Source: Tubiluchus corallicola
Taxonomy: Eukaryota; Animalia; Priapulida
Direction: 5' to 3'
DNA length: 64,000 bases
Assembly (NCBI GenBank): GCA_030141605.1
Contig: JAQGDQ010000331.1
Coordinates: 199,279-263,278 of the forward strand
A program made the position numbers and the translations under genes. This document shows positions 54,635 to 64,000 of the stretch, piece by piece (the first letter of the stretch is position 1; the number at the start of each line of letters is the position of its first letter). The notes below the pieces were generated by a model. It did no database searches and was not told where the DNA came from. It saw nothing but the letters and a program-made list of their open reading frames with translations.

Positions 54635-57600
54635 TCACTCAAGGTCACTAACTACCCCATCAATAATATGAGGTGAGTGAAAAATGAGGTGAGTGAAAAA
54701 AGGGGGTAGACAGTTAACGACGAGACTGATGGGGCAGTTAGTGACCTTGATTGGTAGTTCAGGTTTAAAGGTTGTAAAAATGCCAGAGCTGCAAAAATAT
54801 GAGCAAGCGGAGTTATACCAATTTTTAATATCAGATGGGGAATCTTCTTCAGAGGGAAGTAAAGTTCTGTGAGGCAACACAAAATACTTTGAAACCTTTA
54901 ACAAGGCCAGCCCTAAAAAGGCAAAAAATCTGGTGACAAAGTTATACATTGTTAACTAGTTTTGCTACCGCAGAAAATTACTTGATGGGTAGGTGGTAGA
55001 CTAGAGTGAGTGGATCAATATCAAAGGTTGCAATCAATTGAAAATTACACGGAGTCCGAAAATAAAATGTAGATCTACTGTATCTATTGGAGTACAATCA
55101 AATGACACTGAAGAGGTAATGGTGCTTTTTACATACGATTCAGGGTGAAATGTGACATCATGAAGATAAGTATAAAAATGCAATTATAAAACTGCAAAGG
55201 ATTGGATAACGAAATTTACATATGTTTATTCTTATGGCTATACACAAAAATATCAGAATAGTACAGTACTTGAATACTAGTACAGTTAGTGACCTTAAGT
55301 AGGTGAATGAAGATTCAAGGTCAAAGGAAATTCGAAAATTACAATGTAAACAACAAAACTGTACATAACTAAATGTACCAAATGGATGAACCAAAAATGA
55401 CACAAGAACGGATATACAAGAACACCTTTACAGTGCGTTTCAACGTCAACAGACACGAAAACTCACAAATAGCTATAAAAAGGAGTTATAAAACTTCATG
55501 GCGAATGACCAAAGCTATAAAAGTGGACAGGAAATTATGCACTTGGTCAAAGACCTTGTGTTTCTAAAATTAAAGGTCACAATTCTAAGACTCTAAGGAG
55601 TTAGGCAGGAAAAATGGTGTGTAATTGTAACAAAATGCAGCGGGTGGAGGAATCGAATTTCATAAACTACTGAGAGACATTGGTCGGAGATTTGAAGTTA
55701 TGCAAAGGATGTGTCAATTTAAAAAAAACCTATAAAAAATAAAGGTTATAAAGCTGCAAGGAGACCAGACTTTAATAACGACGAGGGCCGAACGTCCGAG
55801 TGACTTGGCGGTACTATGTGCCCTTGATCAGCTGGTCAAGGTAAAAGTTGGAATAAATACAATACATACAAGTAGTTTGGCAAGTGACTTATTGTAAAAG
55901 TAACAAATAGAGACAATGGGTGATAGGACTACTAATTACACTTCTTTAGATAGATTACTCTTTAACAAAGCTCAAAAACTTTCAGTACTTTGGCAACATA
56001 CTTCATTCCATGACTTCCTTTTCAGATGGGAGGTGTTTCATACTATTCGAAAACATTAATCAAAATTTTTGACCTTCTAGGCCATTCGGTCAAATCCGAA
56101 GAGAGTGATCTCTGTCGATCTGGAAATTCTTACGCAGCTGATCCAAATAATTGTGCAGAATTCTGGCGGTGTGTACCAACCCCTAGAAAAATGCACTGTC
56201 ATCCTGGACTGCATTTCAGTGCTAACAAACAAGTGTGTACATGGCCCGAAGATGCAGGGTGTGACCGTAAGTGACACTTTTAGTTTTTGAACTGTAAGGA
56301 CAATATGGTTACTAAATGTTCACAATTGTTAAAATTCTACTGCTTTTTAATTTGGGTGGATTTACGAGAAGGTATCGATAAATTGGGCTATTATGTCAAC
56401 GTCATTTTTGTGCTTTTGTATGGTGGTTTTAACTGGACATGGCTAAGATACCATTTCAGAAGATGAAGTCAACTTTAACCAAAATCAGTATGCTTTAGCG
56501 CTCAGGTCCCCAAGATACTTTAACAACAAACTATAAATCTGCATGTATAAAGATGAAAATCTATATGTGTCTGGCCCCCAAATGTGGTATACTATAAGAA
56601 CCAGCACAGTCCAAGAAGACTTTAAGCCTGTCAATTTAGGTCAATGCACCCTAATATGGCGGTCAAAATAGCTCTTTTTGGGACATTCTGCTAAATCTAG
56701 TTCTATAACAAATAGCATGACCACGGGAAGGTTTTAGGTTAATGTCAGTTAAGTTATTGTCCTCCAACATGGCAGCCAAAAGGTAAACGCACTAGGTGTC
56801 CATTTAATAAACCGATAATCATTCTTTTGTAGTCTATTCTTCAAGAGAATCTCTCTGTAGCAATGAATTCCAGCATTTGCTACAGGACGGGCAACCCACA
56901 AATATACAGTTTTCACTTGACAAATCATACAAAACCTGTCCATGGTGACGCCAGATATTTCAACTAGTTTTAAATAAACATAAAAACTAAAATGTATTAA
57001 AAAAGATAGTCGATCAACCTTAAAACTTATTAACCTTATTCTTGAATAAAAAACACATCATTAATATTTCACAAAAAATAATGGTCCATGATTGAGGTTA
57101 AAGGTCACTAAAGTACAATAAACTAGCAAAGATAGGAGTGTTCATAAACACATGATCTTGGGGAGAAAAGTAAGAACGAAGAGGCCGTAGGTTATTTCAT
57201 TAACCAGGTGTTTTTCTTGCTCCCACTATTATTTATTGCCAATTAGTCAATGGTGTTTTGTAATGTGTAATAGTTATGTTTGAGCATATTTGTCCCAAAG
57301 TTTGCATCTGTTTTCAATTTCTGTATGCTCCTTCCCTTTCTTTTGCAAAATTTTTGTGGACATAAAAAATTAAATATAAAGGATGCCACACATTTGGCCT
57401 GATACACATCTGACGTGTTTTGAGATCCGTCAATTTACCTGTCTAAATGAAAACTGTAATTCCATTCACAACGCTGGCACATGTGGTAAACATCAAAAAA
57501 GTGATCCACTAGGTTGAAAAAGGTAAAAATATTACTCTTGATTTGTCTTATGCAGCAGCTTTGGCAAGGCCTAAAGCAAAGAAACACATTATCCAAGAAG

Positions 57601-59960
57601 AAAAGAATGAAACTCGACGACAATGTGACTTTGAATGTGGTTCTGGAGAATGTTTAGATATGCTGTATCGATGCAACAATCATCAAGACTGTAAGGATGG
57701 ATCAGATGAACAAGGATGTGGTAAAGTATAGTACCACTCTCAATAAAATGCTTAGTTGACAGTACCAGGTTCTACTGACTGGCATTAATTTTTAACATAA
57801 AGCAGTAGTTAAAATTAAAAAAAAACTTTTGTAATTAATTACTTTTTTCGAAAAGCTTTCTATTATAACAAGAATGAGAAAAAATAGAAACTGAGTATCT
57901 GTTATTTAGAAAGTGCAAGTATGGATTACAATGGTTAAAAGGTAAACAGTGAAAAAATTATCAAATTAGTCTTTCTATGAACAACCAGTCTGCACCAAAA
58001 TATTTCAAGCACACATGGCAACAGCTAGCTTTTCTTAATCACTCACTAATGACATTGGCTTCTTTCAGAGTTAGTATGCAATAATTACACGTGTTCGTTG
58101 CCAGACTGTTTTTGCAGAGGAACCCAAACACCCCTCAACGTTAGTCCAAAAAATGTAAGTAAAATACAAAGTTGTACCTAATTACAAGTAGGGTTGTGAA
58201 CAGGCTAGACCACATACAGCTATTAAAGTTCTGATAAGTGTCAGAAAATAAAGTTTCTATCCGGATTAAGCTAACCACAATTTTCACTACTGATTTTTTA
58301 CACAAACTGTTGTCATAATAAGGCAATATTACACTTGGGTAAGTAAAGAGTAAAGAGGTGAAAGGAAGAGAAAATACTCTGAGCAAAAAGAGCAGAAAAG
58401 TCACTAGATATAACATAATTAATAAGAAAGTGTACAGTGTTAAGAAAATATATCCATGATGAGAAAGTGTGTCAGCCTGGGACTTATTACAAAAGCCCAG
58501 TGCACAACCTTACAAAATTTCAGAAAATAGCTGTTTAAACATTGGACAAGTAGTTTTATCAACAATCGTAATTTGTTGTTTTGCGAGCATAAGTTTTTTA
58601 TGCTTTCTAGATCCCTCAAATAGTTATGCTGACGTTTGATGGTGGCATCAGACAGCAGGACTATAACACTGTTTATAGTCGGTTGTTACGACGCAGTCGG
58701 GTCAATCCAAATGGTTGTCCAATCTCAGCTACATTCTTTGTGTCTCATGAGTACACAGACTACGTTACCCTGCAACAATTATACTTCGATGGACATGAAA
58801 TTGCAGCACACTCTATTAGGTAACCAGACAAAATCAGAATACCCACACACACTTCTTAATCTACTAGTTTTTGAAAAAAAATAGATCTATATTTCGTCAT
58901 ACCAATGTTAACTTTATACTAAAATTTAAATTTCAAAAATCCATCTGACATTTCTGAATATTTTGTTAAATGGACCTATTGTGAATTTCTCATTAGCTAA
59001 CATCCGGATCGGGGATAGATAATTTGGCATGTTAGGCGGCATAATCTCGCAAACTTGGGATTAGCACAATTACAGTATGATGTTTAATGATTTGAGACAT
59101 GACAAAATAAGATACCCCAATTACTCTTAACTTGTTTCGCACATTTTATTTGCAGCAAAAGAGTACCAGAACTTTGGTGGAAGAAAGCAACAACAAAAGA
59201 ATGGGAAACAGAAATAGCAGATGAAAGGATTACATTGAATCGCCTAGCAAGTGTTAACCTGATGGACATTCGCGGTATGAGAGCACCATTTCTTCAGATA
59301 GGAGGCAATTCACAGTTTGAAATGTTAAAATCAAATCACTTTTTATATGATTCTTCAATGCCAGTTATAGAATCTGATCCTCCATTATGGCCATTTACAC
59401 AAGACTTTGCACCAAGTTATAGATGTATCCGTACCCCATGTCCAACTAAAAAGTTTTCAGGAGTATGGGAAGTACCACTGGTTTTGCTCAATGGAAGCAA
59501 TGATAGACCATGCATCACACTTGAAGGCTGTGATGTGCCAAAAAAGAAACATGAGATCTTGAGACTCCTGCGGCAGAACTTTAACAGGCATTATCTAAGT
59601 AATCGTGCTCCATTTATGCTATCACTTACAAGCACTTGGTTTACTGGTCATTATTCTGGAGAAAGATTAGAAGCTACAGAAGCATTTCTTGACCTACTTT
59701 TACAGATGGATGATGTATGGATTATAACCATATCAGAAGCGATATCATGGATTAGAGATCCTGCTAAAATGCAAAAAGTAGCGAGTAATCTCACTGGAGA
59801 TGTGTCTTGTACAAAACCTAGGCCAGCTCCATGTAAGGAAGAAGACATCAATTTATGTCGTTACCCATCATCAACAAGTCATGAAAAAGAAAAATTTGTA
59901 AGAACATGTTCTAGATGTCCTAAGAAATATCCTTGGGTAAACAATCCATCGGGCAGCTGA
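49099..59960 (+). CDS. Chitin deacetylase-like protein (signal peptide, 2x CBM14, LDLa, CE4/NodB polysaccharide deacetylase domain), ~563 aa, probably catalytically impaired
   Basis: Exons: 49099-49138 (MHLVVLAAWIIVC, signal peptide continuing GIPNVVHA), 52007-52207 (CBM14: CEGEKH..SCVHFYVC..RCQAHLHWNSKDETCDWPVYAKC), 56081-56266 (CBM14: DPNNCAEFWRC..CHPGLHFS..CTWPEDAGC), 57556-57720 (LDLa: CGSGEC..RCNNHQDCKDGSDEQGC), 58069-58154 (CSLPDCFC), 58611-58819 (IPQIVMLTFDGG..NPNGCPISATFFVSHEYTDY), 59156-59960 (GMRAPFLQIGGN..FLYDSS..YPWVNNPSGS*). All junction phases are compatible. Resembles arthropod Serpentine/Vermiform-type CDAs. Confidence 0.92.
54357..55846 (+). mobile_element. Helentron-associated (HINE/DINE-like) non-autonomous element
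   Basis: Left subterminal GCCGAGTC with a nearby inverted GACTC (54362-54388). (TA)n microsatellite at 54594-54632 and repeated TGACCTT/AAGGTCA motifs. Right subTIR GACTTGGC (55802-55809), then the palindrome CCTTGATCAGCTGGTCAAGG (55822-55841). Confidence 0.5.
54594..54632. repeat. (TA)n microsatellite
   Basis: Uninterrupted TA run of about 19 units. Confidence 0.95.
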
Positions 59961-60175
59961 CTAGAGCTGGGATTTGGCCGTACAAATACAAAATGGGATG
60001 TTAAAGCAGCCAGGAAAACAAGGAAGAAATCATAAGTACATTTAAACAGCTTGCTGTCATTATTTTGTAAATAAGGTGTTTGTTTGTTGTTAAAACTTAG
60101 AAGGAACCAGTTTTGTCAAATTTACAAAAATTCTCAAGGAAATTCATATTCTGTAAAAACAGTTAATATACAATA

Positions 60176-60181
60176 TTTATT
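60176..60181 (-). terminator. Candidate polyadenylation signal for FAM8A1
   Basis: TTTATT on + (AATAAA on -), about 150 nt past the FAM8A1 stop. Confidence 0.5.
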
Positions 60182-60330
60182 AAGAGGATTTTGTTATACA
60201 GTGATGCTATAAATGAACCTTTGGAAGGTTCAAATGAGAAAAACAAATACTGTAGGTTTTGACCATCCAGCCAGTTTGATCAGTTATAACAACAATTGTA
60301 CCTCCTTGCACGTCGGTATTTACTAGCGAA

Positions 60331-62650
60331 TCAGGAATTTACGTCTTCGACAACAACTGAGTTAGCTACTAAGTCATAAACAGCTCTGTTGTGTTGAAAT
60401 AAGCACATTGTTAACGTAATGGGAAACACAAATGCTATTGAAAAATTTTTGACTAGTGATCGCATCAAAGCCCTGAAATGGAAAAATAACATTTATTAAT
60501 ATTTAAAACAATTTTACATAAATTAATTGTGCTTTAATATCATTACCATCCGAAGAAATTATTCATTATTATGTTGGCAGCTAAAAAATTTAAACTTTTC
60601 AGTTTAAGAATTGAACTCGGATCTTTTTGACTGCCGAACAAACAGGCAAACCATTACATCACCAGGACAATCATACTAGACTAACGTAACTGGATTACAG
60701 ACCAACACTGATGTAATTATGAGTGGCATAAGAGAAATCCAGATTTTTCTCTGTCAGTTTAGGCATCTTTCAGACTGTAACAACATTTGAATGTTTTAAT
60801 TGGTAACTTAACCATAGTAGCATTTTAATAATATAAAGATTTACTTAAATGCTAAATATGTGTATGTGCAAACAATGAGATATTACAAGTACAACTTGGT
60901 TAAAAACGTTAATCCATTGTTCTAAGCCTTTATATGGTACAAATGAAGACATTTAAAGTGTAAATAACGTGATTTTCACTAAGCTTGTTGACAAGTGAAT
61001 AATATATGCACTGACAGTGACATACAGAATACTACACCTCGTTAGCAAAGAGACAATTTAGCAAGATTTATTGCTCGTCGCCATAGCACCGGCATAAATA
61101 GCCATGCTCTAAAAAACTGCCAATTAACAGCTTTACAAAAAATCTGCTTGCTACAAGTAGTTATAAAGACGATTTCAAAAAACAGAAGTGAATAGTCTGA
61201 TAAATTTCATAAATATACAATAAAGCAGATGGAAAAAAGTTCATTACAGCTTTATAAAATGTTACAAAGCCAAATGCCCTAAGGCTGGCTGCTTTAACTG
61301 CTATAGAAACAAGGTAGGATATAAGGCAGTACTGCAAGAAATACCAAAAATCATTACTTGCTGTACCACAATAGGCTAGAGCTAGCTCTTTTCAGCTCAG
61401 AAGGCAAAATGGCTTGTTAATGACTCTTAAATGCTTGAAACCAAACCATTGCTGGAAATCAAAACATAGTTCACTTCTGCATTTCTCACAGTAAATTTAA
61501 AAAAAATGTTTATGTTAAGCTAACTTGATAAAAAAATTTGTTTCTCTTAACTTGATTTTAAACATTTAGGTGTTCCTACAGTTGATATTATGTTTTTTAT
61601 TAATTTTTCACAGACTATCTCTAGGAAACCCTTGAACCACAAATTACTTATTTATTTTTGCATTCTGCCATTTCATATCAAAGATAAATGATTGGGCAAT
61701 TAATTTTTTCGACCAGTGTTCTTAAAAAAAACTCCTACACTAAGACTTTTTAAATGCTTTTTACTGTCAGTAGAGAGACCCAGGTGGCAAATTGCCAGGT
61801 ATTTCCAAATGTATGTACTGCTGATATGAAGACTGAAATTAACCATCTCCCATCGGCCATCATATGGTTGACTGTCTTTCCATTTTTCAACTGTTTAAAC
61901 GCTGCATCATTTCTTCAAAATCACTCAACCCGTGCAAGGCAAACGTTATTAGCAGTGGTACAATAATGGTGCAGTGTTAATTACTGCCCAGTGATCTTAC
62001 TAAAATGTCTTTTAGCCATAACCCGAATGTTTAGTATTACCATATAGTGGCACCCAGTTTTCCACAGAGCTTGCTTACAGGAAAGATCCAAGACACCTTA
62101 TAAAACTAAGAGCTGCAAATAGAGGTCACACATACAATTTTTCCTACCTCCAGGTGATAAAGTAAATTAAAGTTTGGAATAAGTTCAGCTAAATAGTGTC
62201 AAGTTACATGGGATAGAGTCAGCAAGCAAGCAACAAAAGAGAAACAGGGGTCTACCCATCAAACTAATGGAATGTAATAGAATTATCAATTGAAAATAAA
62301 TCATTAGACTCATTAGACTATAGGTATGTAAAGTAAAAACTAAAATTACACAACTAAAGATAAGTGATGCAACAGTAGCAACCATTTTATATATGATTTT
62401 TTTTCCTAAAACTCTCCGACCAACTAGTTTTTCTACCTTTTCTAACTAACTAGCTAAAAAAATTAAAATTGAAAATTAACTAACTGACATGTACGTACCA
62501 TCCAAAACCCAAGTCATTCGCAGGTACCACTAGAACTGTTCCATTAGGAAGCTCACGTATTTCACTGCAATATACGACCTTTAATCCTAGCAGTCTCTTA
62601 CCAGGAGTTGCCCCACCAGGGGACGTTAAGCCACGGTGAATAAACGTTGT
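60331..62650 (-). CDS. FAM8A1: FAM8A1-like RDD-domain membrane protein (HRD1/ERAD cofactor); last two coding exons, 5' part not found in window
   Basis: Exon 62650-62499 reads TTFIHRGLTSPGGATPGKRLLGLKVVYCSEIRELPNGTVLVVPANDLGFGW. Exon 60472-60331 reads ALMRSLVKNFSIAFVFPITLTMCLFQHNRAVYDLVANSVVVEDVNS*. These match the FAM8A1 motifs GGATPGKxLLGLxVV and RxLxKNFSIA..FQHNRxxYD. Phase-2 GT-AG junction. Not present in the ORF track. Confidence 0.9.
60600..60667 (-). mobile_element. tRNA-derived SINE head relic
   Basis: The minus strand reads TGGTGATGTAATGG (A-box-like) ... GAGTTCAATTC (B-box-like) with tRNA-like spacing; no intact cloverleaf. Confidence 0.35.
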
Positions 62651-64000
62651 CTGAAACAATACCAGTAGAATTATTTCAGCACATCAAGTTTAATTTTTGT
62701 CTAAATTATTTCATCAGTACTTCTGAAATAGTAACTAGATAGCTTGCTTTTAATAAGAAATGAGGTGCAAGGATCCAAATTTGGCAAGTATTTATCGTGC
62801 AAAGTGTGCCAGTCAAACACTATTTTATGAGCTGAAGTAATTGAGATTAAGTGGACTGTGAACATAGTTTTTATGAAAGTGCTGATCAGTACAAAATAAA
62901 TTTACTTAAATAAGCTCACATTATACAGATTTTATTTTTCAAACTCTTGAAGTAATACATGCATCTGTCTACCATCAACTAAGTCCTTCAGATGTAACAA
63001 GGGAGATCGGTGCAAAAGAAAAAACACATTGACTGCCCTTCTAACATCGGACACAACTGACCCAATAGCTTTCTCAATAGCACGCCTGAAAAATACTTTA
63101 GCAAAAAGAAGATTTTGGATAAAGAAGCAATACAAAAGGTCGCTTGAACAAAGGAACCATTTACTCATTATCATTTCAAGAGATGGAAAAATTACATTGT
63201 GTTGCAACTTGTAAACGATATAACGATTATAACAAATATCTTTCCATCTGATCATACATAATTTATTTATAGACTTTTTAAATCTGGATCAACGATCGTT
63301 TTTTTTGTATAGTATAATGGTTAGCTAGCTGCACAAAATACAGAAGACATGGCTTCAAGTTTGAGATGAAAAATTTAATTTCTGGTTTATTTTACAAACA
63401 TGCAAGTATCAATATTGTGTGGTGCAATATTTTCTTGTGAATTATCACCTGTCAAATCAAGATTATATGGTACTCCTGCACATACTCCTTAAAAAGCTTC
63501 ACACGAAATATGCAATGCAGATATTGTGAACAGAAAATTAAAAAGTTTTTAGTATTTTGTTCATTTTTAACAGTTTAGCAAACTACAAGCTGTTATCCAT
63601 TACTAAACAGAAGGACATATTAATTACTACTGTTGATGGATAATGGGTCTTTCTGGATTATAAACTACCTCACTATCAAATATAATTTCTATAAGAAAAT
63701 TCTAAGTCAGCCAAAGTATCTAAGGCATGCTGTGTTGAAGCCAGAAGCAGTACGGCAGATAAAACTGGCAGTCACCTTGCCCACACACTAACCAGGGTCA
63801 GTGTTCCTTAGATGGCTAAGCACATTAACAACTATTTTCTTCGTCCATTTTCTTTTTGCAAACAAATATCTTTTTCTCACACTTCCAAAATTGTCATACT
63901 TTTAAAGTTTTCAAGAAACAAGCTTCTATAGCATACATGCATAAAGCATGTACTATAACTAATATTTTTTGCCTTGCTTGTTGAACTTGTCATTTTAATT

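Noticed and set aside
60600-60667. tRNA gene
   Set aside because: A/B-box-like motifs only, with no pairing acceptor or anticodon stems; treated as a SINE relic.
62932-63255. 107-aa minus-strand ORF as an upstream FAM8A1 exon
   Set aside because: No resemblance to the expected preceding FAM8A1 segment and no convincing splice sites.

Overview
This is AT-rich, intron-rich animal (invertebrate) genomic DNA, not prokaryotic. Four spliced protein-coding genes can be rebuilt by hand. (1) An orphan minus-strand gene (~7472->3014) encodes a predicted type I membrane protein. Its parts are a signal peptide, an RAKR furin-type site, an acidic linker, two copies of an unrecognised 54-aa repeat, one TM helix, and a cytoplasmic segment with 20 Cys in 61 aa. 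(2) A complete Cullin-2 gene (23138-41571, +, 19 coding exons, 745 aa) has a first coding intron that looks U12-type. (3) A secreted chitin-deacetylase-like gene (49099-59960, +; SP-CBM14-CBM14-LDLa-CE4) has lost three key active-site residues. (4) The last two exons of FAM8A1 (-) converge on gene 3. Intergenic and intronic DNA holds a young 5'-truncated RTE LINE nested in an old CR1/L2 relic (13-bp TSD), Helitron-like and Helentron-like non-autonomous elements, a Harbinger-like long-TIR element, MITEs, other RT/transposase relics and simple repeats. I saw no rRNA, intact tRNA or CRISPR array. All gene models come from reading splice sites and frames by eye and need RNA-seq confirmation.
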